Assembly (NCBI GenBank): GCA_964016885.1
Contig: OZ024742.1
Location: 92,628,001 to 92,692,000, forward strand
Origin: Eledone cirrhosa
Lineage: Eukaryota
Direction: 5' to 3'
DNA: 64,000 nucleotides
Shown: positions 25,627 to 39,457 of the stretch, in pieces
How the letters are laid out: the number at the start of each line of letters is the position of its first letter
How positions within the stretch are numbered: position 1 is the stretch's first letter
Program-made: the position numbers and the translations under genes
Notes under the pieces: generated by a model
The model's database searches: none
What the model was told of the DNA's origin: nothing
The model's input: only the letters and a program-made list of their open reading frames with translations

Positions 25627-25810
25627 ATTGTTTCTACTTTTTGGCACAAGGCCATCAATTACTCAGTACATTACTGGTACTTTATTTTATCGACCCCGTA
25701 AGGATGAAAGGCAAAATTAACCTCGACGGGATTGAACTCAGACCGTAAAGGGACGTAACTATGCTGGAAAGCATGGCGTCCGACTCTCTACCGATCCTGC
25801 CAATCCACCG
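25627..25810 (-). mobile_element. SINE family A copy
   Basis: Near-identical to 63787-63970. Confidence 0.85.
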
Positions 25811-25960
25811 CATTATATGCTTTATATATATATGTACAAAATATTATATGTTTCTCTAATGATATATGGCTATATAGATATATTTGTTTAAATTTGAATT
25901 ATTGATGCTTGTTCACCGAGAAGCATATTCAGCATACATATTATACAATACTTTAAATAA

Positions 25961-26018
<58 letters not shown>

Positions 26019-27799
26019 GTATCATCATCATCATTTTACATCCGCTTTTCCTTGCTATTCAGCACACATAGGCATATATACTGTATTTTCTCCTGCATAA
26101 TATGACATTTTTAAAACTAAAATTAAGGGAAAAATGAAAGGACCACTTTATACAGGAGTACAATTTTTCCCTAAACTTATACTGAGTTTAAAAATATTCA
26201 TTTCAAATGGCAAGATTGTAAATATGTGTTGATAACATTTGTTTACAAATGATATTTAATAAATCAACAATTTTTGTTATTTTGGAATTAGTATAATTGA
26301 ACCTCATTTGTCTCAGAGAGGAAATTGATAGAATAATGGTTTCTGATTTAGGCACAAGGCGAACAATTTTGTGAGAGGGCAAAGTCGATTAAACTGACCC
26401 CAGTGCATTACTGGTGCTTTATTTTATTGACCTTGTAAGGAAGTAAGGCAAAGCTAACCTCAACGGCATTTGAACTTAGAATGTAAAGGGCCAGAAAAGT
26501 ACCGCAATGGCATTTTGTCAGACACTGCCATTCTGCAGCCCTAAATGTGACTAAATAAAATTCTCATGTTTTGATAATTTTATTATTACAACTGAGGTTT
26601 AACTATTGGGAAAATATAGAGTTTTTCCTGAATAATAGGGCAATAATATACATAACCACCTTTTAGAGTGAGAACAAGATATTGAACCCTCCTCCACTCC
26701 CATGTACATGAGTGGTACTTTATTAGGTGTTAGATGATGAAAAGCACAGTTGACTTCAGCAGGATTTGAACTCAATGTAAAGAAATGCAACAATACTGTG
26801 GAATTGTACCTAATGTGGTCAATTTTCCCCCCACCCTCCATGTTATAAAAAAAAAATCACATTTGTTCAAGAGTCTAATATAATAGTGCCTATGTATGTC
26901 TGTTTTGGAGAAGGCATAACATTAGGTTCTGTAGGTGTTGATAAAACTTGAAAAGAGAATAATAGTCGTAGAGGGAAGTGTTTTCTCTATTACATCAGGC
27001 GATACAGCTTCATGTGGAACAGGACGTTAAATCGTGCAAACCTACAGCCGGTCTGAGAGCTGATGAGAAATGATGTTTGTGTGATCTTGTGTCATTCATT
27101 TTCTTCCTTTTCTCCTTCCTATCACCACTGTGAGCCAACACACTTCTACCTTCTGATTTCTGTTCTTTGAGGTAAATTTTATCCGACGACCTCGTTGACA
27201 GCATTTTGCTGTTTTAACAGCTATTCTTGTGTTGGACTTTTCTCATTATTCCAAAAATATCTTCCTAACCACACTTGTTCAAAACAGCTCTATTTAAAAG
27301 TATGTTAAGATGTGAACCCACTCTATAATATGACTGGTGCTTTAATTTATCAACTCCAGAATGATAAAAGGCAAACAAAGTTAGCCTTGGCAGGATTTGA
27401 ACTCAGAATATATTTTTTTTTAAATTAGTAACAAAATATTCACAAAATATTTTGTCCACCTCTCTGGGTTCTTCTAATGATGATAAAAACAGTGATAGTG
27501 GAAGTAGTAGTGGTAATGGTCAAGGTGTTGGTGAAAAAAAAAAAAGAATGCCAAAGCAACTCTGCCAACCTCTCATGCTAACAACAGAAAGTCCAGGTGG
27601 TGCTTGTACAATACAATACATCTGGTAGCTTTGCAAATGTGCACTTTTTGCAGGGGAATTGTTCCTGAAGGTGGGGGAGGGGGAATCGATACTTACAATA
27701 GTCGAAGAGTATCTGACTTACTCCAGCTAAAGAAGAAAGTATTAGACACATTTCAACCATAGAGAGAAATCATAATGATAATGATGATGATAATAATAA

Positions 27800-28200
27800 A
27801 ATAATACTTGTGTATATGTTGCACCTTTCCATGAAAATTCAACAAGAAAAACTATGATGTGACTTATTTTCTAATCCTGCAATGCCCCAATTTAAAATGC
27901 ATGGTACACACAATATACTGGAGTATATGTCTCACCTTTTCCATGAAAAATCAACATGCAACTTCAATTCAAATTACATGGTACATAGAATACTTGTATA
28001 TAAATCACACCTTCGTCATAATTCCAACATGAAATGTCACACCATGTGACAGACTTTATTGTTTCTACAAAACCTCAATTCAAAATGCATGGTACAGATA
28101 TCTACTTGTGTATAAGCTAAACTTAGTCCATGAAAAAACAGAATACAACTTATTTACAAGATCTACAAAATCGCAATTCAAAATATATAGTACATTGTAA
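27800..28200. repeat. Degenerate tandem repeat of about 75-115 bp
   Basis: Recurring tacttgtgtata...ccatgaaaa...caattcaaaatgcatggtaca, about 4 times. Confidence 0.7.
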
Positions 28201-28574
28201 ATATATGAAATATGGACAAGCAACTTATCTACCAGTTTGACTGATACATGAATATATATACAGCATATTAATTCTTTTCATACCAAACCACTTGAAAATA
28301 CCCTTGGTTGATATTTTAAAGTTTTTATATTTATTAAAAAAACCTTCAATCTTGATTTTATGTAAGAAACCTTCAGTTATGTTCTAAACTCTAGCTTAAT
28401 AACGATAAAGTTAAATTATTTTCAAAATTAACTGAAAATAATAAGCAGTGTCTTTCATAAGTAATACGATAATGAAAGGATTAATGGTGAAAAAGACAGA
28501 CAGATAGACAGGTACAGAAAAAATAAGGGAGATAACCATGGAGAAGAGAAATTAGAAATAAATAAAAGAGTTAC

Positions 28575-28761
28575 CTAGGCTGGCAGTTCGGGACATCTCT
28601 GGCTCAGATTTCTCTGATGACATTGATGAATCTCGCTCTAGACTGCCAGCACCACTGATGACATTCATGAGATAGATGGCGGTCCAGGCGAAAGGCATTC
28701 TATATTTACCAAGTCTTTCGCAGAATTGTACAGCGTTGGTTTTGTGTTTATCTTCTCTAAT
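28575..28761 (-). CDS. DOCK7: DOCK7-like exon IREDK...[17 protein letters not shown]...GSLERD...TASL
   Basis: tttcag/gtaac, 187 nt, phase 0 to 1. Confidence 0.95.
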
Positions 28762-29074
28762 CTGAAACATCCACCATACAAGCAACAAAGTAATTAGGAA
28801 AAATAAAAAAAATAGAAATAAGAAAAAAAAAACATCCAAAGAATTTGTTTTGGTTTCCACACTAGACATTACAAATTCTATGTTTGTAATTGGTGTAGGA
28901 TTGCTTGTTGATATGCTGGGAGTTTTTGAAGACGAGAATTGTCATCCATAAGGGTATTTATGGTACAATTACACGCATATACATATATACTGTAAAATTC
29001 ATTTGTAATGTTATTTATATAACTGTGAATAAAACATTTTAACTATTAAATAAATACAACCATAAATGTCATAC

Positions 29075-29140
29075 CTTATCTTCTTTCATGTACGGTTCAA
29101 CACACTCATTGATTTCTCCTTGCTGTAAAACTTTTTCCAG
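29075..29140 (-). CDS. DOCK7: DOCK7-like exon LEKVLQQGEINECVEPYMKEDK
   Basis: ttcag/gtatg, 66 nt, phase 0 to 0. Confidence 0.95.
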
Positions 29141-29726
29141 CTGAAGATGAAAAATAATGAGAAATGTAAAATAAAATCTTTCATTCAATATCAAACAAAT
29201 ACAATTTTTATTATGTTATTTTGAAGGTGAGAGGGTTAGTGGTTAGAGAATTGGATTCACAATTGTGAGGTTGCGAGTTTGATTACCGGATGATGTCTTA
29301 TGTCCTTGAGCAAGACATTTTATTTCACGTTGCTTCTTCTGCCAGGAGTTGCACCTGGTAGATAGTATCAGCAATGGAAAGACCTATGGAAATATTATCT
29401 CTTAGGTCCGATTTCATGAGCTCCACCACACTCAGTAAGCAAATAAGGTCTGGGATCTTGGCAATTGATTTTAAAAATAATGTTATCCATTGTCAATAAA
29501 AGGTACATAGCCTACAGGCCAAAGAATGTAAGCAGCCTAGTGTTCAGAGTTGATATCAATCATAAGGTCATAAGTTTTGATTCCTACTCTGTTGAAACAG
29601 AGGTTTGCAGTCTCCATTATAAACTTCATACTCATAATGTGATACTTTTTGAGGCAGTATTTTATATCAGGATGCTCTTCATGGCACCAACAATTTTAGT
29701 TGCCTCGTACAATGCACAGGTATCTA

Positions 29727-29922
29727 TGAGGGTCAACTGAAAGTTTATAGGCTGACTCTGAAGGAGTGATGCTAGAGCTGTGAAATCTTGCATGCACTAA
29801 TTTCAACTCTTCTCATTAATAACAGCATTGTTTCTTCCAGGGACTATGTTGAAAAATAAACCCCATTTGGTCATTCCATGAGAGTATCTTGGTCAGCCTA
29901 TGAACTTTTCAACTGACCCTCG
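29727..29922. mobile_element. Mariner-like MITE M1 copy
   Basis: Same TIRs, TA flanks. Confidence 0.85.
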
Positions 29923-30707
29923 TATGCATTAATTTCATATTTACGGACTATTCAGTCATTATTTAGCCAGCATGATAATATCACAAGGCATACCTTACAT
30001 GTGGATTATCCTTTCTGAGGCAATACTTTTCAGTTAGATGCCCTTCCTGACAACAACTTTAATCACCCCTTACAACATGCATTGCAAGTGTCATCATCAA
30101 TTTTATGTCCATTTTTCCATGGTAGCATAAGTTGGACAAAAGTAATTTTTTAAATCTTTAAATACTAACAACTGAAGTCAATTGTACAAGCAGCTGACAT
30201 TTTTAGTGTCCATACCCAGATACATAAATTAAAAATAAAAACGTATTTTAAACCAGATAGTTATGTCTTTGACACAGTTGAATGATCTCATGACCCCTTT
30301 TATGACAGGTTTTCTAACTGGTTGCCCTGCCAATCACCAACCAGTTTACAGAGTGTACTGGGTGTGTTTCTCATTTAAATCAACAATTGAGAATCCTCTC
30401 AACTCTTTGTTTGGCAGATTTCTGGCTGTATTTCTCTTGTAAATCACCAACAAACACTAGGGAGGTTAGCTGAAGAGAACCCTCAACCCCTTGTTTGGCA
30501 AGCTTTCTACAACTGGATGCCCTTCCTATCACCAACCACCTTATAGATTGTACTGGGTCTGTTTATTGTGTAGATAACAAACACTAAGAAGGTTGTCATG
30601 TCTTTGAGACTGGTGAAAAGTTCTTCCGACTCTTCGTTTGACAACATGGTTATAAAATGAAAAAAATATATAGATACTTATATACAGAAGTTCAAAACAT
30701 TACGTAC

Positions 30708-30857
30708 GCGAACTACAAGGAAAACATCAGGAGAGGGGTATGTTAAGCTAAATATTGCATTCTGGCTCCGAGTTGAGCGGTCTTTGTTGGGTACATGCAT
30801 ATTTATCATTCGGTTTGTGAACTCATTGTTCATATCAAAGTAGAAATTTTCAGATAT
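30708..30857 (-). CDS. DOCK7: DOCK7-like exon ISENFYFDMN...AIFSLTYPSPDVFLVVR
   Basis: ttgcag/gtacgt, 150 nt, phase 0 to 0. Confidence 0.94.
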
Positions 30858-30989
30858 CTGCAAAATATGAAAATATTGAAAACAAATTAATATGGTGGTA
30901 CCCCAGCATAGCTACAGCCCATGGGCTAGAAAAAGAGTATGAACAAACAAGGCAAATTGCCTGATTTTCTATCTCAGAACCTGAAAATA

Positions 30990-31299
30990 CGAGGTGTGTC
31001 AGAAGAGAAACTGGTTGGAGGTCGCAAAAAAGAATATTTCAAATCCAAACTACAAGTTTTCCCCTTTGAAATAATCCCCCTTCTGGTTGGTTTGTTGCTC
31101 GGTGCCCATCGCTCAACAGCCTAAAGTTGAGGAGCTATTACAAAAGCACATGAAAAAACGTACAATGGCTGCGCAAAGCTGAGATCACAGTCATATACTC
31201 TCCGGATATTATGTCACATGGTGACGCAATCTACTGATCCCTACCCCACTTATAGCACACGCAACACACTAAGTCCTGTTACTTTTCTGACACACTTCA
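30990..31299. mobile_element. Mariner-like MITE, second family
   Basis: TA|cgaggtgtgtcagaagagaaac...gttacttttctgacacacttca|TA. Confidence 0.75.
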
Positions 31300-31827
31300 T
31301 ATTTTCAGTTCTGAACAGTGGCAGATTATATATAAGATCTGGTCTATTAATGTGTGTGAATCATTGCACACACAAGCACACACACAAATACTAAAGCACA
31401 CACATACACAAGCATGCAAGTGCATACACGCAAGCCCACTCAGATGTAAGAAGATACACACACATATGGTTGCACATACATACCAGGATGTATACATAAA
31501 ATAGTACACTAACATGTGCACAATCATGCACCTCCACACCCCTAAATACATACATACGTATATGCTTACACATACTCAGAAGCACATACACACAAGAACA
31601 GATAAGCACAAATACTCACAAGCATGCACAAGAGCACACATGCACTCAAACATTCACATACACACATGTACACATAAGCACACACATCCACACAGACACA
31701 TATACCCAAGCACACACATCCACACAAACACATATACACAAGCACACACACACACACGCACACACACACACACACACAGGAGCAGACACATACAGTTATC
31801 TGTGATACTAAATGCTAATAAAAATAC

Positions 31828-31894
31828 CTTTTTCTTTTCTTTGGCATCATAGAGTGCCAGAGATACAAAAATAGGTTCAATATCAAGTTCCAGT
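31828..31894 (-). CDS. DOCK7: DOCK7-like exon LELDIEPIFVSLALYDAKEKKK
   Basis: ttccag/gtattt, 67 nt, phase 2 to 0. Confidence 0.95.
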
Positions 31895-33319
31895 CTGGAA
31901 AGAGAAAGAAAGATATAACACAGGCGAGACAGGATGAGATATCACATGATAACACACTCAGCTACTTATTTTTTTTAATATTTTTAAAGGAGTTAAATAA
32001 GGGAAGATAAGATCATCATCATTGTTTAACGTCCATTTTTTCCACACTGGCATGGGTTAGACAAGTTATCCTGTTGTGAACAATGCTAGGTGATATTGGA
32101 TTTAAAATCATTATCATCATCATCATTTAATATCTGTTTTTCCATGCTAGAATAGGTTGCAGTCATCACTGAACTGGAGCCACTGTCCTTACAGACAGTT
32201 TGGTGAATGGATCTCATTCACATGTGTTCCTACACTTTATAAAGTGTACTGGAGGCACTATGGGGGTTGTTATGCCTTTGACACAACTGAAAAGTCCTCT
32301 CAACACTATGTTTAGCAGGTTTACTACAGCTAAATGTCCTTCCTAATTATCAACCATTTTAATGAGAGTACTGGGTGCATTTTATCATGGCACAACACTA
32401 GGGAGGTTGTATCCTTGACACAACTAAGCCCTCCCAACCCTTTCTTTGGTGACAAATTTAGATAAGTCCTACTTGATGCCTACAATAGTGAGGAACAATT
32501 TCTACAAGGCAATCTACTGGACGCCACGGACAAGATTTGCAGTAGGAACAAGATTCTAGCAAGACAAAAATAAATAAAAGATTAAAACAAAATATTCCCA
32601 AACATATTTGTGTTGATTGGTAACTTGCCATACTAAAAGAGACCTGTTTAGTAAGAATGGTGGAAAGCTAAAAGTAAATGTGGCAAGAGATAAGAGTGCA
32701 TAAACTGGAGAAGTCCCTTTATAACTTGCAGTGGATGAGACAACCTCTCTAGTGTTGATGCAATAATGGAATGCACTCAGCACCCTGTCAATTGGTGTAC
32801 AAACAAACTAAGATGACATAAGGTAGAGAGGACTTGTAAACTTCTCTAGTGTGGATAGCACAATAAAACGCACCCAATACACTCTGTAAAGTGGTTGGCA
32901 ATCAAACGGAAACAATATAAGGATATATGATAGAGAGGACTCTTCAGCTTTCCTGAGAACATGACAAACTTACTAGTGCTAGTGACACAATAAATTATGG
33001 TGCTGGTGCCATGATAAAAATGCATCCAGTACACTGAATAATATGTAACCTGTACTATCTGTAAAGTGGTAGCAATGGTGCCACAATAAAATGAACCCAG
33101 TACACTCTATAAAGTGGTTAACATTCAGAAGGGAAGAAAGATGTGGTTCACTGAACATGCCAACATGGAAAGCAAATGTGTGACGATGATATAGGTCTAT
33201 TTTAGAATCCCGCCACGAAGTAAAGGGTGACGAAAAGGGTCAGTATGAGGAAGGACATCCAACTATAAAAAATTGTCTAATATTGAGGAGATTGAAGTGT
33301 GTTGTGGGGCCTCCTTCTT

Positions 33320-33660
33320 CTTCTCCCACTTACTCCTGAGAGGGTCGTGGGGCAGAGTCCTCAAACACTCCTTCCTGTGGGTCCTGTCAGAAGCAGCCAT
33401 CTCCAACTGATCTTGCTTAGGATCTACCCCTGGGTCTTCTGCTAGTTGGTTTTGCTCGTAAAATATGTCCAGCGATTCGTTAGAATGTCCAGAGATTCTA
33501 ACCACATGCCCATAGTATCGGAGCTGTGATCTTTCAATTCGGAGAACTAGTAGCTCTACCTGGAGTGACCCTCTGATCTCTGAGCTGCACACTCTATTGA
33601 GTAACATTACTCCAAAGACTTTTCGGAGGAACCCCATTTCAGCCACTTGTATTTGCTTTA
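33320..33660 (-). mobile_element. RTE-clade 3' fragment of a different family
   Basis: AEMGFLRKVFG...SSEIR..LQVE.L.LRIERSQLRYYGHV. Confidence 0.8.
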
Positions 33661-34073
33661 GTATGACTTGCTCTATGTAGATCCGTCCAACCCTTGCTAA
33701 CAGAGAAAGTGAACGTTAAATGATGATGATGATGATGATGAATAGAGTAGAGTAAGCTGTAAAGATAATGTAAAACTGGTTTATAAGATTACATGAAATG
33801 TGAGAAGACAGAAATCATACAAATAGCAATGAGATTAAAAATTTTTTTAAATATAAATATCTCAAAATGTGAGTCTCAAAAGTAGAAAATTACTGTAATA
33901 ACAGTTGACCACTATAAATAGTTGAGAAAATTGGGTAAAAAAACTGTTAGGGATGAAAAATATTTGACAGAAGTGCCTGCAAGGAATTGAACCATACATC
34001 TATTGGGTCATTTTCTATATTTGGGATTCTCACATTATCAAATTCTCTCAGTGCTTTGTAAAACATAAGTATA

Positions 34074-34274
34074 TATACTTGAATATAAACTGATCCGAAT
34101 ATAAGCCAAAACTCATATTTTATGTCTGAGAAATGGTAAAAAATTCAAACCCCATTTATAAGCCAAGGCAACTAATTGACACATTGTTTAGATGGCAAAT
34201 ATAAGCCAACCCCACCCACCACCATTTTACAATTTTTTTTTGGTCACATATTCCTCAGCTTATATTTGAGTATA
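34074..34274. mobile_element. TA-flanked MITE
   Basis: Inverted ends tatacttgaatataaactga and tcagcttatatttgagtata. Confidence 0.6.
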
Positions 34275-34303
34275 TATATTAAATAAATTTTTTAGAGAAT
34301 TAC

Positions 34304-34389
34304 TTCATTTGGAAAACTTTGATAAGTATTCTGTGTCCAAAATGTTCACGGGGTATTTCTGGGATCATCCTTCTAGCAGTGAGTTCATC
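34304..34389 (-). CDS. DOCK7: DOCK7-like exon DELTARRMIPEIPREHFGHRILIKVFQMK
   Basis: ttttag/gtaatt, 86 nt, phase 0 to 2; EHFG.R motif. Confidence 0.93.
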
Positions 34390-34491
34390 CTAAAAAAAAA
34401 CAATCCAAATATAATAAAGATATAACCATAATGTTATCATTTTAACATAACAACACAGTACAAACATTAAAATAAACATTTTATGTATTAA

Positions 34492-34696
34492 CCCTTTAGC
34501 ATTTATATTTCTCTATATATACTATTGTATTTTCACAGTAAACACATTATCTCATATAATATTGAATCTATGGAATTTTGATATTTATTTTGAGAACAAT
34601 ACGTTCATATAAGTATGAGCAGCCAGTTATGGCCGGTTTGAACAGAAAGAGGTGAGATAATTCTGGTTGGATACGGTTGGTTTAAATGCTAAAGGG
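34492..34696. mobile_element. piggyBac-like MITE with TTAA TSD
   Basis: TTAA|ccctttagcattta...taaatgctaaaggg|TTAA; inverted copy at about 57281-57487. A second family with similar TTAA-type ends occurs at about 14267-14520, 7715-7953, 48480-48715 and 54140-54453. Confidence 0.8.
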
Positions 34697-34699
34697 TTA

Positions 34700-35990
34700 A
34701 TCCACTGTAGTGTGGCATAAGTAACAAGTAGTGACCACACACAGACACACATTTTGTTTGTCACTGCATTATGCCATCAAGTAATAAGTTATCTAAGTTG
34801 TAAACATACACACACATAGTCATACACACAAACATGCAGCAAACACATACACACAGAGTTACAGTCAAAGGTACACACTGTCACATACATACAGCCACAT
34901 ACACATAAACACATGCAGTTACAAACAGATGCACACACATTTAGCTAATCACTGCAGTGTAATATCAATTCCATAAATTATAATATATATAATGAAATTA
35001 TTGTGTACAGTGCTCAGGTGCACTACAACTCATCAACGGTGCATGTATAGCACATAGAATAATGTACAAACGTCCGGAAAGTGAAAAGTGTATGAGTCAT
35101 GATATACATGTGTGCGTGTGTATGGAGGGGGGATATCAGGTGTAGTGTTGGCAAATTTCAGACAGCATGGAGGTTTTAAAGGATACAGTGTCTCGACAGC
35201 TAACAACTGATGCAGGTAGTTTGTTCCAGGCTTCAGCAACTCTGAGTGTGAAAAAATGTTTCCAAAAGTCAGGGAGCTGTGCTGTTTTCTGACTTTGTAG
35301 ACATGCCCACGTGTGTTAGACACATGGAAGTCAAAAAGGTGCTCAGGGTTGTTGGCAAGATGGTTAATAATTTTGTGGGTGTTTACTAAGTCAGTTGCCA
35401 GACATTGAAGCTTCAATGTATCCATGCCCAGGGAAGCAAGGCGTTCAGAGTATGGTAGATGCCTGATGGAAGGTATGCATAGTCACACACACATGCATTT
35501 AGCTTGTCGATGCAATGTAACATTAACTCCATAAGTTAGACAAGTTGTAACCACACTCACACACACATTTGGCTAATCACTTGCAATGTAACATCAACTC
35601 CTTAAATTAGAGAGGCTGTAACCATACACACATGCAATAACACACACACACCATTCATTAAGTGTATCACTACAGTGAGACAGCAGTTCGGTATTACACA
35701 CAGCATTCATTAACCATGTCACTGTAGTGTGACATCAGGTTGGTAATATGGTATAACCCCCCCCCCCCCCCCCCCATACACAGCATTCATTAATCATGTC
35801 ACTACAATGTGTAATTAGCTCGATAGTATTGTATAACCATACACACACATTGCATTCATTAACAGTGTTACTGCAGTGAGTTCAGTTTGGTAATACGGTA
35901 TAAGTCCCCTCCACACACACCCACACACATACACATATATATATACATATACATACACACAGCATATCATATCAACCATGTTACATCAAC
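34700..35990. repeat. CA-rich degenerate tandem array interrupted by the CR1 fragment
   Basis: cattcattaa...tcactg(c/t)agtgt...taacc units on both sides of 34990-35478. Confidence 0.7.
34990..35478 (-). mobile_element. CR1-group LINE 3' fragment with 3' UTR
   Basis: HLPYSERLASLG.DTL...DLVNTHKII...NTRGHVYK, then after a frameshift FFTLRVAEAWNKLPASVV. Confidence 0.88.
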
Positions 35991-36049
35991 CAGTGTAACA
36001 TAAAGCGAAGAGAGATAGACAACACACCAGCTAAAAAGTATTGACTGAC

Positions 36050-36265
36050 CTCATCTTGTGATGGATATAAACTAAAAAGGGAGTTTTGTCTGTTTTGTTT
36101 CCGCTGAGACTCGTTGTTGCGGTCAACTTCTTCAGCGGGGATCCGCTCTAGAATTGGTTCCACCAGACGATCAGCCTGGGACTGCTTCAGATCAAATATA
36201 CTGCTGGCCCAACTACCACGAGGAGTTTCATTCATCTGCATTGACTGACGCTTTGGCGTGCTGTC
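36050..36265 (-). CDS. DOCK7: DOCK7-like exon DSTPKRQS...TPRGSWASSIFDLK...LFSLYPSQDE
   Basis: tttcag/gtcagt, 216 nt, phase 0 to 0. Confidence 0.95.
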
Positions 36266-36390
36266 CTGAAATGTTACAAGAATGGATAGAAAATATCATA
36301 GGAATTAGTTTAATAAAGATTCAGGGATTTGGTGTTGCTCTAGAAGTGAAATTTGGTAGGCAGAACTGTGTGGAAGCTCATATACATATA

Positions 36391-36740
36391 CAGTGTACCC
36401 ACTGGCATTCGCAGTTATTCGCAGAATTATTCTTAGAACCTAACTAATAATTCTTCGTGGAAACCACCGTATATTCAAGGAATCGTAAACATCTGCGATT
36501 TTTTAAGGCTTTTTTCGTGGCAATATATATTTTTTAATGCTAAATTATTAATAACAATACACCGTATTTGTTGGCCTATTGGATGCCCCTTTGCATAAGA
36601 CGCTTCCTCTTTTTTATTATATTTTACGTTACTTTTTTACATTTATAGGCATTTTTATGGATCACGTCCAACATTCACCGTTTTTCACTCTTCATGGGTG
36701 CTCTCGGAACGTAACCCCCGCGAATACCGGGGGACAACTG
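36391..36740. mobile_element. pogo/Tigger-like MITE
   Basis: TA|cagtgtacccactggcattcgc...cgcgaataccgggggacaactg|TA; internally homologous partial copy at about 18985-19235. Confidence 0.75.
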
Positions 36741-37265
36741 TATTTATATTCTTTAAAAAGTGGAAGAATCCCAAATGCAGAAAATAACCACTTTATAATT
36801 AAAGACATATATTTAAACACATGCATGTACAGCTGTAATGTCCATCAAGGAGTTCCTCACTCTCTGTATTCATCCAGGAGAAAACATTGTAAAAATCAAA
36901 TTTATTACTACCTCTGCAACAAACATACATAACATTTGTATTTGTATGGACCTGTAGATCTTTGTGGAGTCATAGGGGCACCATATTGACATATAGCATT
37001 TCTTGAGCATTTCAAACCTTGTCATGCCAATCTCTTTCCAGGTTCAAACACACTTAATCTCTTACAGAGAGAGAAAGGAAGGAAGTGAAAAAGGAAAAAT
37101 TATTGGACTGGCACTTAAGTTATCAACATCGAAAGGTTGAAGGGCAAAGCTGACTTTGGCAGTGAGCCCATAACAAATACTTCAAAGCATTCCATCCCAC
37201 ATTCTAATGGTTCTGCCAATTCTCTTGCTATTGACACAAGACTACAGGGAAGTGTAAATTCTTAC

Positions 37266-37380
37266 CTTATCCTGTTCCACCAGGCTATCTTCCACATCAA
37301 TCTCATATTCCTGTTGAATAATATTTTCATTGTCAGGAATCCGGTCTTTAGTACAGACACTGGAACTAAACTTCTCTTGT
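37266..37380 (-). CDS. DOCK7: DOCK7-like exon QEKFSSS...QEYEIDVEDSLVEQDK
   Basis: ttcag/gtaag, 115 nt, phase 2 to 0 bridging its neighbours; weakly conserved linker. Confidence 0.85.
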
Positions 37381-39385
37381 CTGAAAGTATTAAACAATTT
37401 CATAGAAATAAGGAAAAAAATCAAAATCAAGTGAAGTAAGAATGGTATATTTGGGAGAAATGGCTTATTTATTAATGTGTTGAAATGTGCTTACGATAGA
37501 AAGGAACAGAGAGCTAACCTCTCTCATCATCATCATCGTCAATTTTACGTCCAATTTTCCATGCTGGCATGGGTTGACGTGATGTTTTGCAATAATGCTT
37601 TACAGCTAGAATACCTTTCTTGATAATCCTTTTAGTCACCTCTTGCAACACACAGGGAAACAATGTATTTTATGAAAAAATATGAGAAAGAGTTACACCA
37701 GGCTGTATATGACATCATCAGCATCATTTAACATCTGTTACCCATGCTGGCATGTGTTGGATGGGCTGTCACAGTCCAAGATTAAATGGGTCAGAAGGAT
37801 CACATCTTGCACATACGTTCCAACATTCCATATTTTAATATGGCTTCTACATGGGTTGTCACGGTACAAGACCAGATAGGGCGAAGAATAATGTCTTGCT
37901 CATACATTCAATATTTGGTAGGGTTTCTACAGATGGATGCTCTTCCTAAGAACCATTTTGCAGATTGTACTATATATATATATGTGTGTGTAAAGTCTTA
38001 AATTCAGTTTTAGTGGTGAGCCATGATAAAAGTAGATCACCAACACTAGGGAGGTTGTTATGTCTTTGTCACAACTGGAAAATCCTCCCAACCCCTTGAC
38101 AGGTTTTGTACAACCAGATGCCCTACCTATCACCAACCACTTTACAGAGTGTATTTATCATCTTGAGAGGTTCTTGTGTCTTTGACACAACTGTAGAGAC
38201 CTATATACGAGAAATCTTTATTCACAAATTTCATTTTGTTTTTGAATCTGCTTAGGATACAAAGTCTTCTCTGACGAAGTGTTCTGTGCAACACATTAGT
38301 CTCACAGTACAGAATCCAATTTATATCATCAGAGAGTCTCTCTATGGAAGCTTGACATCCAAGAAATAGTAGCCTTTGAATAATGTAGTCATAGATACAC
38401 TATGTTTGAATAAAAGATGGGACAGTTACAAATCAAACATCTTTGATCATAGGTCTGCCTGCTAAATCAAGGCTAACCTGAGGTAAACATCAATAACAGC
38501 TATTCTACTAACAATTCCAGTGACTATCCTTAGAGTAAATGATTGTTCGACTTGCTAGAACAAAGAACCAAATCTCTCTCAATTTCATAACAGACACAAG
38601 GTCACAAATTTTTAAAGAGAGCACTATTATATTGACTCCAGTACTTGACTGGCACTATATTTTAACAGCCTTAGAAAGAGAAAAGGCAAAGTTGATTTCA
38701 TCAGGACTGATTTGCAGAATACAAAATACTGGAACAAATACCTCAGCATATTTGTCCAACACTCAAATCATTTTGCCAATCCACAATTTCTTACATTGGT
38801 CCAAAACCAGATATTTATAAAAGGAAGGAAGAACAAGTTAAATCAACCCCAGCATATATGCTTATTTTATGTATCCCAAAAGGATAAAGGGTAAAGTTGA
38901 CCACAGAAGGAATTGAACTCCAAACATAAAGAACCTTACTTAAATGCCAAAAGTCATTTTGCTTGACACTCTAATGATTTTACCAATAAAAAAGGAAAGG
39001 AACCAATTCTCAGATGGGATCAAGGAAACAATGCTTCTGTTGGTCATTCCCCTTGCTGATACTATCTGCCAATCTAAACTCTAGGTAGAAGAATGTGGGA
39101 TTTTAACTCAGAAGGCACAGAGCTGGATCAGACATCTCATCAACTCTTTAACAATTCTGCCAAACCACCCACCCTGGATTAGCACTTCATTTATTCACTG
39201 CCAAAAGGATGAAAGACAAAGTTCACCTTGACAGAATTTGAAACACAGAGCACAGAGAGCCTGAACAACTATGGTGGCATTTAATCTGATACCTTAAAGA
39301 CTGCCAATTTGTCTACCAATACAAGTAATTAAATTAGAAACTAAATAATTAAAAAGAATGCAAAAAAATGTGGATTAATACTTAC

Positions 39386-39457
39386 TTGCGTATAACTGTG
39401 GTATAATCCGATGTATAGAGTCGAACACAATCCACGACATGTGGGTCAGTTTCTGCT
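39386..39457 (-). CDS. DOCK7: DOCK7-like exon AETDPHVVDCVRLYTSDYTTVIRK
   Basis: aacag/gtaag, 72 nt, phase 2 to 2; DPHV.DC motif. Confidence 0.92.

Noticed and set aside
26960-27290. Unique-looking island containing ctgatga at about 27060
   Set aside because: No matching stem II or GAAA and no second copy in the window; cannot be classified
30704-30707. Alternative donor gtaatg 4 nt downstream of the chosen donor
   Set aside because: Would frameshift the join to LEKVLQQG
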